Shown here one piece after another: positions 50,310-59,150 of a stretch of 59,150 nt of DNA; the first letter of the stretch is position 1; the number at the start of each line of letters is the position of its first letter. The DNA lies in UHGV virus genome UHGV-0115240; one strand, 5' to 3'. The position numbers were made by a program, and so were the translations under genes. The notes beneath the pieces were generated by a model that made no database searches, was not told the origin of the DNA, and worked only from the letters and a program-made list of their open reading frames with translations. The DNA is from a virus.

Positions 50310-50694
50310 TCACTTCCACGTTCCACGCGCGTAATAGGATAAATCAAAACTTGCTGTATTCCATACCGTAGCAGCAAGCAAATGGTATGAAAAGCTTGAT
50401 TTGTAGTCATTTGCAGATCCGTACACCTTGCCCCATATCGCGCCGCCAGCTCCTATTGTGAGCACGATATTACATTTTGTTTTTGATGCAACCGGGAAGT
50501 TTAATGTAAATTGTCCGCTTGTGTAAATGCTACCAGCTTTTGTTCCGATCGCGCACGTAAATGGAGAATTGAACCACATTTCAAGAGTTCCGTCGCTCCA
50601 TTTGCGATATTTACCATTAGCATTGCTATCTTCTTCGATAACATGATTTTTGACTTTTCCAGTTTCAGGTTGCAACTCCAACAAATACGCATTA
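50310..50694 (-). CDS. Alternative C-terminal cassette (silent in this orientation). It begins NAYLLELQ... and has no credible RBS or start of its own.
   Basis: The minus-strand ORF converges on the 49641 gene with stops 6 bp apart. Its first conserved residues NAYLLELQ mirror NAYLLQLQ in the plus gene. The upstream part of the annotated 157-aa ORF is antisense to the RBS region of the 50723 gene. Confidence 0.45.
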
Positions 50695-50722
50695 TTCAAA
50701 CAAATAAAAAGGAGAAATACAT

Positions 50723-51901
50723 ATGGCATATATAAGATTCTTAGGAGAAAAAACTCCGCACAAAGCAACCGTAATTCCGACAAATAATATCGTTACGGTT
50801 AAGTTTGGAACTGATGTAATAGAAAATAAAAATGGGTTTGATCTATTTCTTGATAAAGAATGCACAATAGATATCGGCGGGACTTTTTATCAAAAATTTA
50901 CAACTATTTACAGGAATGATTCTGTTACAAAAAAGTACAACGGATATCAATTATCAAACGACGGAAGTGTATATGTCGAGCCTGAAATTTCTCCTAATCC
51001 TAAACCTTACAACCCTACATTGGATGAGGTAAAGGAAAGTAAAAAAGCGGAAATTAGGATGAAAGTACAAAATGAAATATTGTCAGATGTTATGATAGCG
51101 TCTTATGCGTTTGGCTACAACGAATCTGACATGATTGCCATTAGAAACGCATACGAAGACAGTATTTCAAGCGGAATGTCAGTTATTTTAAAAGATTCAA
51201 CCGGACAGTCACGAGAATTGAATGAGGAAGAAATTACTGACTTGTATAAAAAGCAAGAGATCAAGCGTTTGGAAAAAGAAAGTTATGCGCAGTGTTTGTT
51301 GGATTATATTGATGGATTAACGAGCAAGGAAGCGGTTAATTCGGTTGAGTACGGCGATGAATTAACAGGAAAATATCTCGAAAAGTATAACGAAAAGGTA
51401 TCAAACACTCAAAGTTACATCGAAAAAGTGATTAGCGGTAAAAAAGCGGTTGTGGATCAGGCAAAAATCGCTTCTCTCACTAATACGGACGCACAAGCCG
51501 TTGAAGTAAAAGGGCTGTACGCAGATTGGGAAGATGATCCAGACGGGTACGCATATGATGTACAAAACCAAAAAGATAAAAGAAGAAACTTTGGAGGGCT
51601 CTTGTGGAATCTGAATAAGAATCACCAGAAACAAAAGGACCGTTTTCCGGGGGCAGAACCTACATTGTGGACACAGCTTGTCGAAGGTTACGAAGGATCG
51701 TATTCAGATCCTATTCCCGTGCCAGATAGCGTAAACGTAAGTGGATTTGAATATGAATACGGGAAGTATTATATCGAAAATGAGTTAGTTTATTTGTGTA
51801 AGAGAGGTGGAGTTCTTAATCCAGAATCAATGTATGGTCAAAAAGAAAAATTGTATTTTAAACCATCGGCACTCATTGGACAATATTTTGAAATAGCGTA
51901 G
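50723..51901 (+). CDS. Tail fiber or receptor-binding protein.
   Basis: 392 aa with a C-terminal DPIP...KYYIENELVYLCKRG...LIGQYFEIA module shared with the 54819 gene. Confidence 0.45.
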   Translation: MAYIRFLGEKTPHKATVIPTNNIVTVKFGTDVIENKNGFDLFLDKECTIDIGGTFYQKFTTIYRNDSVTKKYNGYQLSNDGSVYVEPEISPNPKPYNPTLDEVKESKKAEIRMKVQNEILSDVMIASYAFGYNESDMIAIRNAYEDSISSGMSVILKDSTGQSRELNEEEITDLYKKQEIKRLEKESYAQCLLDYIDGLTSKEAVNSVEYGDELTGKYLEKYNEKVSNTQSYIEKVISGKKAVVDQAKIASLTNTDAQAVEVKGLYADWEDDPDGYAYDVQNQKDKRRNFGGLLWNLNKNHQKQKDRFPGAEPTLWTQLVEGYEGSYSDPIPVPDSVNVSGFEYEYGKYYIENELVYLCKRGGVLNPESMYGQKEKLYFKPSALIGQYFEIA

Positions 51902-51912
51902 GAGGAACAGAA

Positions 51913-52155
51913 ATGGCGATAGCACAAACAATAACGGTTGTGGACGGAAAGACGTATCAGCCGGGAGAAGAGATATGGGATTTAGGCAGTTTTGCTTGTG
52001 TGGATGTGAGAGGGAATATCAGAAGCTATGAGGGATTATCGAGTGATATATCAAAACTTCCGCATTATGTAGGCACAGGAAGTTCGGCGTTATGTCTTGA
52101 CACCGGAGATTATTATAAATTCCATAAGCAAACAGATCAATGGTATAAATTGTAA
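51913..52155 (+). CDS. Hypothetical small tail protein.
   Basis: 80-aa ORF. Confidence 0.35.
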   Translation: MAIAQTITVVDGKTYQPGEEIWDLGSFACVDVRGNIRSYEGLSSDISKLPHYVGTGSSALCLDTGDYYKFHKQTDQWYKL

Positions 52156-52172
52156 ATTGATGAGGTACAACT

Positions 52173-52574
52173 ATGAGAGCAGACGAAGTATATGCAATCT
52201 TGTTAAAGAAAATTAGAAGTAGCGGAGGAGAGATTTCATCAGAGCAGCTTCAGGAAGCGATTAAAAATTATTTGCAGAAAAATCCGATCAGTACAAACAT
52301 AAAAGAAGAACGTCCTCAAGAAACTACATATGCGTTAAAACCGAACGTACAAGCAGTATGGGGAGAAGTTGCAGAGTTAAATTTAACGCTTGAAGAAGAG
52401 TTGCCTGATGCTGTAAATATCTATCCGTTTTGGTTCACAAGCGGATCAACACCAACTAAGGTGATATTACCGTCAACAATCGCGTTAGATGGATTCGATA
52501 CACAAGCAAACAAGAAATATTGTTGTCAGATTGAACAAAATGTAATGTTTTGGAAGGAGTTTGATATTACATGA
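52173..52574 (+). CDS. Hypothetical tail protein.
   Basis: 133-aa ORF. Confidence 0.35.
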   Translation: MRADEVYAILLKKIRSSGGEISSEQLQEAIKNYLQKNPISTNIKEERPQETTYALKPNVQAVWGEVAELNLTLEEELPDAVNIYPFWFTSGSTPTKVILPSTIALDGFDTQANKKYCCQIEQNVMFWKEFDIT

Positions 52575-54145
52575 TACTTTTAAAAAGAAGAGCTTTTATG
52601 ACTTGCAAATTTAACTACGAAACGTCAAAAGGAATAAAGCAAATAATATTGACAAATTGTGCACAAGCTCCTTTTAAACAATTTAGTATACTAGGTAATT
52701 CACACCAAGATAGTACAACTGGGAAGCAGTTGTTTAAACTAACAGACAATTATTTACATGCATATTTTTATCACGGAGAAAATAAAGAAATTGTACCATA
52801 CATTAATAATGCTGTGGTGTATTTGCCCTGTGAACCAAACACAACTTACACAATATATGGTAGAAAAAATATTAACAACGACATGACAAGAAAAAATAGG
52901 GTTGGTTTAACATCGGAACTTCCGGCGTTTAATGTTAAGCTTACTAAAACGGCTGAAACAACATTAGATAAACCTGTGACTATTACTACCGAAGAAGATA
53001 CAAAATATCTTGTTATAATGGCTATTACCGATGGAGAGATTGGGAAGTTAAATTTTGATAAGGTTCTTGAGAATAACACATCTAAGCTTATGGTGGAGGT
53101 TGGAGACAAAGCATCTCCTTATGAGCCATACACAGGCGGTAAACCATCCCCATCACCCGATTATCTACAAGAAATCAAGAGTGTCGGAAAATGGAATGAG
53201 AAAACACAAAAATATGAAGTCGATATAAAAGTTACAGGAAAGAATTTATTTGATATAGATAGTTTTTTAAAATTACCATTGCAACCTGTGAGTGGAAACG
53301 ATAGCGTTAGAAAACTTATATTGACTTTGAAACCAAACACAAAGTACACTTTATCAACAAATAACGAAGGTATTTGCAATAGTCAAGATAAAGACACAAG
53401 TGGAAGTTTATATTTTACAAATGCTGATGATGAAATATATCAATGTAATACTACCGCAGTTTTTAAAGGGAAAAAAGTAACGGTGACAAGCGATGAAAAC
53501 GGTCGAGTGAAAATTGTCTTATTTGACAGAACAAATTCTAAACCTATCGAAAACAAACAGTGTTATGTAATGTTAAATGAGGGAACTTTTGCCGAGCCGT
53601 ATGAACCATATTTCCCCGAACAGACTGCTACAATAACAATGGATGAACCTCTTAGGGGCATCGGAAAATATCAAGATAAAATTACAAAAGATGGGATTGC
53701 TAGAAGAATCAGAAGCGTTATGTTAAATGGGAATGAAGATTGGAAGCTTTATGGAAGTAACGGAAACATCAATAATTTTGGGTATATACTTAGAGAAGCC
53801 ATTAGTAATAATGTGGGGCAAAGGTCGTCTTTAACTTTTTCATCATATAAGTCCGGAGTTTGGGCAACTGATAGGTTAGGGCAAGATATGTTCGCGAGGG
53901 TTATAAGAATTAATTTGCCTAAAGATGTGTTTCCTGATGTAGAAACGCTAAGAAATTGGTTGTCACAAAGCAAAACTACATTGCAATATGTGTTAGAAAA
54001 AGAGGTGATAGTCCCTATCTCACAATCCGAACAAGATGCAATCAGAGCATTAACAACATACCATCCAACAACAGTTATCACGGTAGACGGTGGAGACGTA
54101 GATGCGGGAATTGAAGTGGAATATGCTACGAAAAATAAGGAGTAA
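52571..54145 (+). CDS. Tail fiber or host-specificity protein.
   Basis: 524 aa, position. Confidence 0.4.
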   Translation: MILLKRRAFMTCKFNYETSKGIKQIILTNCAQAPFKQFSILGNSHQDSTTGKQLFKLTDNYLHAYFYHGENKEIVPYINNAVVYLPCEPNTTYTIYGRKNINNDMTRKNRVGLTSELPAFNVKLTKTAETTLDKPVTITTEEDTKYLVIMAITDGEIGKLNFDKVLENNTSKLMVEVGDKASPYEPYTGGKPSPSPDYLQEIKSVGKWNEKTQKYEVDIKVTGKNLFDIDSFLKLPLQPVSGNDSVRKLILTLKPNTKYTLSTNNEGICNSQDKDTSGSLYFTNADDEIYQCNTTAVFKGKKVTVTSDENGRVKIVLFDRTNSKPIENKQCYVMLNEGTFAEPYEPYFPEQTATITMDEPLRGIGKYQDKITKDGIARRIRSVMLNGNEDWKLYGSNGNINNFGYILREAISNNVGQRSSLTFSSYKSGVWATDRLGQDMFARVIRINLPKDVFPDVETLRNWLSQSKTTLQYVLEKEVIVPISQSEQDAIRALTTYHPTTVITVDGGDVDAGIEVEYATKNKE

Positions 54146-54149
54146 CAAG

Positions 54150-54803
54150 ATGGACATAAATAAAAATGCCTTTACCCCCCCCGAATTTTTATTGAGAAGA
54201 AGATTATTTTTAAATGGTGGTTTGAAATCGAAAAAAAATATTGTAATAAAAAACGGAAGTAAAACAGAAATAAGATATTGCGAAATTGGAGAACAGGTAA
54301 GACTTGTTGCCGAGCCTGCACCGCAAGGAAAGAAGTTTGCGTATTTTATGTTTAACAAAACTCCATATTGTTATTCAACTCCGTATACCTTTACAGTATA
54401 CGAAGATACAACAATAGAATCAGTTTATGTAGATGTTGATGAAATAGTAATACCCGAAGCTGTCTGCAAGTGTATATCTTTTTATGATGCGCAGTTAAAA
54501 AAAATCGCTTTTGTTGTAAGAAGAATGATTCCTGCTGGATCAATAAAAGAACATGGGTTAATTGTCACTGATAGTAAGGGTTGGGAACAAATGGGCGATT
54601 CCGGATTTATAGTTGGTGGAGAGCGAATAACTCAAAGCATTGCAACAACAATCGGATTAAATGGGAATTATAGGGTCAACTTAAGATCCACTAGAGATAC
54701 TGTATGGTATGGGAGAGGGTACGTTATGTACACAGACAAAAACGGGGAGACAAAGACTTTATACAGCGATGTAACATCAATTAGAATAATCATAAATAAC
54801 TAG
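54150..54803 (+). CDS. Hypothetical tail protein.
   Basis: RBS AAGGAG then ATG (internal Met of the annotated ORF). Confidence 0.35.
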   Translation: MDINKNAFTPPEFLLRRRLFLNGGLKSKKNIVIKNGSKTEIRYCEIGEQVRLVAEPAPQGKKFAYFMFNKTPYCYSTPYTFTVYEDTTIESVYVDVDEIVIPEAVCKCISFYDAQLKKIAFVVRRMIPAGSIKEHGLIVTDSKGWEQMGDSGFIVGGERITQSIATTIGLNGNYRVNLRSTRDTVWYGRGYVMYTDKNGETKTLYSDVTSIRIIINN

Positions 54804-54818
54804 AATAAATGAGAAAAT

Positions 54819-55535
54819 ATGAATACAAGTTTTGGAAAATTAGAAAACGGAATATTGATACATGCACCTTCCGTATTACGTGTTGATGACAAACAGATTG
54901 TATCTCCTGATGAAACAGATTATCTTAATAGCGGTTATTTGCCGATATTAATAGAAGACAATTTGGAATACAAGGAAGGATTTGAAATTGTCACCTCCTA
55001 TAAAGTTGTTGAAGAAAGCCAAACACTTGCCGGAGAAATGATTCCGAAACATATTTTGAGGGTTCAGGAATATCAGGAAATTTTTGAAACTCCATACATC
55101 CCTACAAAAAACGATCTTGCGATGGAGCTTATGACGGTGAGAATTACAAAAGAAATTAACACTTATAATCTCACAAAATATGAAGCAATTCGTTATAAGT
55201 GGCTACACCCTACATTTAGTGAAATCGTTGGACAAACGGTGAAAAAAGGATTCAGGTTTGTTTACGAAAACGAACTCTATTCCGTAAATCAAGATAACCT
55301 CACGATTCAGGCGCATTGTTTGCCCGGAACTGGAACGGAAAGTTTGTACGAAATTGTGGATGAGGAACACAGTGGAACAAAAGATGATCCTATCCCGTGG
55401 AGAAAAAACATGCAATGTTACAAAGATAAATATTATATTCAAAATGAGATTGTGTACAAATGCACGAGAGACTCAGGAAATGCATTGCAAAATGATATCA
55501 TAGATTTGATCGGACATTATTTTGAAATTGCATAA
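54819..55535 (+). CDS. Tail fiber or receptor-binding protein, a paralog at the C-terminus of the 50723 gene.
   Basis: DDPIPWRKN...KYYIQNEIVYKCTRD...LIGHYFEIA. Confidence 0.45.
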   Translation: MNTSFGKLENGILIHAPSVLRVDDKQIVSPDETDYLNSGYLPILIEDNLEYKEGFEIVTSYKVVEESQTLAGEMIPKHILRVQEYQEIFETPYIPTKNDLAMELMTVRITKEINTYNLTKYEAIRYKWLHPTFSEIVGQTVKKGFRFVYENELYSVNQDNLTIQAHCLPGTGTESLYEIVDEEHSGTKDDPIPWRKNMQCYKDKYYIQNEIVYKCTRDSGNALQNDIIDLIGHYFEIA

Positions 55536-55566
55536 TCAATAGGCGGGGCATCCCCCGCCTATAATA

Positions 55567-56298
55567 TTAAACAGTGGTAGTTTCGACAATGTATCCCATT
55601 AACTCATCAATGTCGGGTTCGTTTATAATGGCATTTCTATTGCGAATTCCATAATATTTAACACTATTCTCTTCTTCCTTTCTTATTCCGATCATCATTT
55701 TCCCATAGTAAAGAAAAACGCACTTTTCTGTTTCGTATGGTTTTCTGTCGTTCGCAAGCAAAAGGATATCATACGGAGAATAATGGGGCATAAAATCTTC
55801 ACAATTAACTTGGATTCCCAAAAATACTTTGGCTTTTAGATTGTCGGAAAATTCGCTGATATTTATTGAGAAAAAATCATTAGATGGAACTAGATGACCG
55901 TTTTTATATTTAGGTTTCATAACTCCTATTGATTTTTTGTGAGGGGTTCTTGCGCGTAATGTTTTTTGATGTCTTATAAACCATCTGATTAAATATCGTG
56001 AGTTTTCTGGAAGCTCTCTGCAAATACTCAAGCAATCAGTAGTTGTTTTTTCCATAGTTCCGGCATCAAATAATTCATCGACACTTACATGAAATACTTT
56101 TGCTAGTTTTACTGCATTTGACAGTTTACAATCTGCACCGTTTTCGTAAATCATGCCTCGTAGGGTAGAAAATGGTATATCGGCTTTTTCTGCTAATTCG
56201 CTTAACGTCATATCTTTGATATACAAATTAAAGTTTTGCCGAAAATTATCCATCAAAGACATTTGCTTATCCGTCATTTCATTGTTACTTTTGTTCAT
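55567..56298 (-). CDS. CI-like repressor: N-terminal XRE HTH and C-terminal S24/LexA-like domain.
   Basis: MTLSELAEKADIPFSTLRGMIYENGADCKLSNAVKLAKVF is HTH. The C-terminal beta-rich domain is FLGIQV...DILLLANDRKPYETEKCVFLYYGKMMIG. RBS AAAGGGA. Confidence 0.65.
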   Translation of the reverse strand: MNKSNNEMTDKQMSLMDNFRQNFNLYIKDMTLSELAEKADIPFSTLRGMIYENGADCKLSNAVKLAKVFHVSVDELFDAGTMEKTTTDCLSICRELPENSRYLIRWFIRHQKTLRARTPHKKSIGVMKPKYKNGHLVPSNDFFSINISEFSDNLKAKVFLGIQVNCEDFMPHYSPYDILLLANDRKPYETEKCVFLYYGKMMIGIRKEEENSVKYYGIRNRNAIINEPDIDELMGYIVETTTV

Positions 56299-56449
56299 TG
56301 TTTTCCCTTTCGTGGTATTCTTTTTGTATATAATAAATGATAAACTATGAACTGTCCTGTTCAATAGGACGCTTCAAGTTCTGGCTATGGGGATGACCAC
56401 ACCACAAGGCATCCCCTAACCGCAAATAATTCTATCATTTTTTAATCAA

Positions 56450-56485
56450 ATGGTCAAATTTCACAAAAAATTCGTGAAATACAGG
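56450..56485. promoter_or_regulatory. Operator-like palindrome ATTTCACaaaaaattcGTGAAAT in the immunity intergenic region.
   Basis: Read directly from the sequence. Confidence 0.45.
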
Positions 56486-56690
56486 ATATAAAGGGAATTC
56501 ACATTCCTGAAATTGAGCGATTCCTGTTATATAAAAATAGAGGGTTTTGCAAAAGGAGGGTTATTGTGGAGTACAAAGAGAAAATTATTGAGATGGTTAA
56601 TGAGATTGATTGTGAAGATTACATAATGAAAATCTATTTTTATGTTCTTGCTAGATATAAGAAGCATAAAGAGAAAAAGTCGGAAGAAAT

Positions 56691-57062
56691 TTAATTCTCC
56701 CGGCTTTTATATTTTTCCGCCATACCCTTGGCGATCTTTCTTAATGCACTCTTACTATCTTTGTCCAATCCCATATATACAGTAATCAAACTTTTAATAA
56801 AATCATCATCAGAGTCTTCTAATTCTACAAGCAATTCTGAAAACGAACCGTCTCTTTCTTTATACATTTTACCAGTTCCATTTCTTAGCCAATCTTCATT
56901 GACGTTAAATTCTCTACATATGGAAAGAATAACTGCGTCTGTGGGGTTTCTCAATCCGGTTTCATAATTTGTTACCGTATTTCCTTTTACGCCTATGTGT
57001 TCGCCAAACTCTACTTGCGTAAGATTCTTTTCTTTTCTAATTTGTTTAATTCTATTTTTCAT
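56691..57062 (-). CDS. XRE-family HTH repressor.
   Basis: KNLTQVEFGEHIGVKGNTVTNYETGLRNP. Confidence 0.65.
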   Translation of the reverse strand: MKNRIKQIRKEKNLTQVEFGEHIGVKGNTVTNYETGLRNPTDAVILSICREFNVNEDWLRNGTGKMYKERDGSFSELLVELEDSDDDFIKSLITVYMGLDKDSKSALRKIAKGMAEKYKSREN

Positions 57063-57184
57063 CAACTCACCTCCTGTCTAAATTCAATATATCAAAAAAA
57101 ACTCACAAAGTCAATATTTTATCTTGCATTTATAATCGCTATGTGATATATTAAACTCACGAAGAGAGAAGGGTGGGTGAAAAC

Positions 57185-57367
57185 ATGAATGAACTTATTA
57201 AAGTAAATCTTGATACGCAAACAGTATCAGCAAGAGAACCAAGTTGTCAATTTTCAGATGAATTTATAGAAATGGCGATAGAACTTGGAGAAAAGATGAA
57301 AGAGATTAAGGCATTAAAAGAGGAAAGGAGAAAGCTTGAAACAAATGAACGAATTGAAGATTTTTAA
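57185..57367 (+). CDS. Small early protein (Cro-position).
   Basis: RBS AGGGTGGGTG. 60 aa. Confidence 0.35.
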   Translation: MNELIKVNLDTQTVSAREPSCQFSDEFIEMAIELGEKMKEIKALKEERRKLETNERIEDF

Positions 57368-58124
57368 TAATGAAGAATTCGGACAAGTAAGAACCGTGGA
57401 GATTGACGGAAAGCCATATTTTGTTGCAAATGATGTGGCGAGAGCACTAGGGTATGTCGCGCCAAAAGATGCAGTTGCAAGACATTGTAAGGGGGCGTTG
57501 AAACGTCGCTACCTTACAGAAGGTGGGAAACAGGAGATGAAAATGATTCCAGAGGGCGATATGTACCGTCTAATCACTCACAGTAAATTGGAATCAGCAG
57601 AACGTTTTGAGACATGGGTGTTTGATGAAGTCCTACCGTCTATCCGAAAGAACGGAGGTTACATATCGGGACAAGAAAATCTTTCAGACGAAGAACTTCT
57701 CGAAAAAGCGGTTCTGGTTGCTCAAAGAAAGCTTGCAGAGCGTGACAAAATCATCGAACAGCAAAAGCAGAAGATCGAACAGGACAAGCCGAAAACAATC
57801 TTTGCAGATGCAGTCAGCACAAGCCACACATCAATTCTTATCGGAGACTTGGCAAAGTTGATTTGTCAGAATGGTGTGCAAATCGGACAAAAACGATTAT
57901 TCGAGTGGATGCGACAGAATAACTTCCTTATTAAAAGCGGTTCATCCAGAAATATGCCAATGCAACGGTATGTGGAACAAGGATTGTTTGAAATTAAGGA
58001 AAGTAATGTTCAGAATCCGGACGGAAGCGTGAGAATTACAAAAACAACTAAGGTTACTGGAAAAGGACAGATATATTTTGTGAATCAGTTTTTAAAGGGA
58101 AATACTTTAGAGAAGAGGTGTTAA
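57336..58124 (+). CDS. ant: Antirepressor with Bro-N and KilA-C domains.
   Basis: N-terminal FGQVRTVEIDGKPYFVANDVARALGY (Bro-N). C-terminal LFEWMRQNNFL...RYVEQGLFE (KilA-C-like). Confidence 0.7.
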   Translation: MKQMNELKIFNNEEFGQVRTVEIDGKPYFVANDVARALGYVAPKDAVARHCKGALKRRYLTEGGKQEMKMIPEGDMYRLITHSKLESAERFETWVFDEVLPSIRKNGGYISGQENLSDEELLEKAVLVAQRKLAERDKIIEQQKQKIEQDKPKTIFADAVSTSHTSILIGDLAKLICQNGVQIGQKRLFEWMRQNNFLIKSGSSRNMPMQRYVEQGLFEIKESNVQNPDGSVRITKTTKVTGKGQIYFVNQFLKGNTLEKRC

Positions 58125-58126
58125 AA

Positions 58127-58291
58127 ATGGCAGGAGATGTATTAGAAATGGCAATACCAAAAGAAGAACAGGAAGAAATCAAAGAATTTATTTCTACATT
58201 ATTAGTTCTTCCGAAAGAGGACAGGGCAGTTCTGTTGTCAAATGCAAATGCTTTTCGGGTAAGAAGAGACATTGAGAAAGCAAAGAGGTGA
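58127..58291 (+). CDS. Hypothetical small protein (54 aa).
   Basis: ATG after the ant stop. Not in the ORF track because it is shorter than 60 aa. Confidence 0.3.
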   Translation: MAGDVLEMAIPKEEQEEIKEFISTLLVLPKEDRAVLLSNANAFRVRRDIEKAKR

Positions 58292-58300
58292 AAAGAAAAT

Positions 58301-58516
58301 ATGAAGCAGCCAAAGAAATTAACGAGACAGCAAAAGGAATGCTTATCCGCGCATCACTTGAATGCTGAAAATTGGGCGCTTGTCCAAGAAACGGATTTTT
58401 ATTTGAAAATTATTAATAAGAGAACGGGAAATATTAAGAATGTGGATAAGTTTAGAAGAATAAGAAAGGGTGAAAGAAAGTATGCGGGAAACAAAACCGA
58501 CGAAGTGCAAAATTGA
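58301..58516 (+). CDS. Hypothetical small basic protein.
   Basis: 71-aa ORF. Confidence 0.35.
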   Translation: MKQPKKLTRQQKECLSAHHLNAENWALVQETDFYLKIINKRTGNIKNVDKFRRIRKGERKYAGNKTDEVQN

Positions 58517-58676
58517 TGTACTTAAATTTGAGCACACAACGAACACTCCGGTTATTGAAGCAATGAAAAAAAAGAAAAATAAAATAAGTGATGAACAAAT
58601 AATAATTACCGCGCAATGGATCATCATTGTTGTCATGGCTGTAATCATTTATATCTTGCAGGCAGGACCGATTTAA
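58470..58676 (+). CDS. Small membrane protein.
   Basis: C-terminal TM IITAQWIIIVVMAVIIYIL. Confidence 0.35.
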   Translation: MKESMRETKPTKCKIDVLKFEHTTNTPVIEAMKKKKNKISDEQIIITAQWIIIVVMAVIIYILQAGPI

Positions 58677-58692
58677 GGAGGCGAACAAAGAA

Positions 58693-58899
58693 ATGTACAA
58701 AGAAATGGACAGAGAGGCAAAGAAAGACGCCGAAGAAGAAATGAACTGCATCCTAGATCTGCTCGAAGAATGGTGTCTGAAATACGATCAGGATTATGTA
58801 AACGCAGTTGTAATTACAAAAAACGATCGGATCACATCATGGGGAAGCATAGGTAATCAAGAAAACTTTGATGTCTACAGAACAAAAAAGCGCCCATAA
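58693..58899 (+). CDS. Hypothetical small acidic protein.
   Basis: RBS AAGGAGG. Confidence 0.4.
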   Translation: MYKEMDREAKKDAEEEMNCILDLLEEWCLKYDQDYVNAVVITKNDRITSWGSIGNQENFDVYRTKKRP

Positions 58900-58970
58900 G
58901 AGGCGGCAACCTCTAGGACGCATATTTAAAAAATCAACTTTATTTTAAAGGAAAGTGAGGATTTTGTAAA

Positions 58971-59150
58971 GTGAAGAAATTTGAACTTACAAGTGAATTT
59001 GTGACAAATATTTCCGGGACAAAGCTGTTTCGGATCAAAGCTCTGGTTGAGTTCGGTGACGTGGAAGCCGGAGAACTGGGAGGATACATAGAGAAGGAAG
59101 AAAACCTTGATCATGACGGCGATGCTTGGGTGTACGGCAATGCTCTGGTG
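58971..59150 (+). CDS. N-terminal part of the hexapeptide-repeat protein, running off the window end and continuing at nt 1.
   Basis: VKKFELTSEFVTNISGTKLFRIKALVEFGDVEAGELGGYIEKEENLDHDGDAWVYGNALV. RBS AAGTGAGGA. Confidence 0.55.
   Translation, partial: MKKFELTSEFVTNISGTKLFRIKALVEFGDVEAGELGGYIEKEENLDHDGDAWVYGNALV

Noticed and set aside
49641-50783. A diversity-generating retroelement as the explanation for the paired C-terminal variants.
   Set aside because: No reverse transcriptase ORF anywhere in the window. The repeats are inverted, not direct TR/VR copies with adenine-specific differences.

Overview
This window looks like a complete (circularly closed) temperate tailed-phage or prophage genome of about 59 kb from a low-GC Firmicute, probably Clostridia-like. 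Evidence for closure: a hexapeptide-repeat gene begins at 58971, runs off the 3' end and continues in frame and in repeat register at position 1, which argues that 59150 joins to 1. Reading round the circle the modules are as follows. The immunity module (about 55.5-58.3 kb) has a CI-like HTH/S24 repressor and a second XRE repressor on the minus strand, then a Bro-N/KilA-C antirepressor. The replication-recombination module (about 0.4-13 kb) has a Rad50/SbcC-like AAA ATPase, RecT, a MazG-like protein, a C5 cytosine methyltransferase split into two ORFs around a (GACA)11 repeat and carrying several target-recognition domains, an interrupted MBL-fold hydrolase, SSB, a GIY-YIG nuclease, a replisome-organizer-like protein and a DUF551 protein. 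A lysogeny module (13.2-15.2 kb) has an excisionase-like HTH protein, a tyrosine integrase and an AT-rich attP-like region with arm-type direct repeats. It is followed by a block of low-complexity cargo genes (Q/N-rich, Gly-rich membrane, Cys-rich, RS-rich), an HExxH peptidase-like protein, a lipoprotein, an RHH repressor with a palindromic operator and an HNH endonuclease. An accessory island (21.4-27.5 kb) has its own XRE switch, a minus-strand operon, an acidic small protein, GGAACA iterons and a long palindrome. A roughly 1.05-kb ORF-free, GC-enriched, hairpin-rich segment (27.5-28.6 kb) sits directly upstream of a tRNA-Gln(UUG) and is a candidate large structured ncRNA of the GOLLD/ROOL type. 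The late genes follow: terminase large subunit, a Com-like zinc ribbon, portal, scaffold, major capsid, connector, a holin plus a GH25/CW_7/LysM endolysin placed inside the head-tail joining genes, major tail, chaperones, a tape measure with a lytic transglycosylase domain, and tail fibers. One small tail protein carries an invertible-cassette-like arrangement: convergent alternative C-terminal exons flanked by about 27-bp inverted repeats. No CRISPR array, rRNA or reverse transcriptase was seen. Every functional call rests on motif recognition by eye; no database search was possible.
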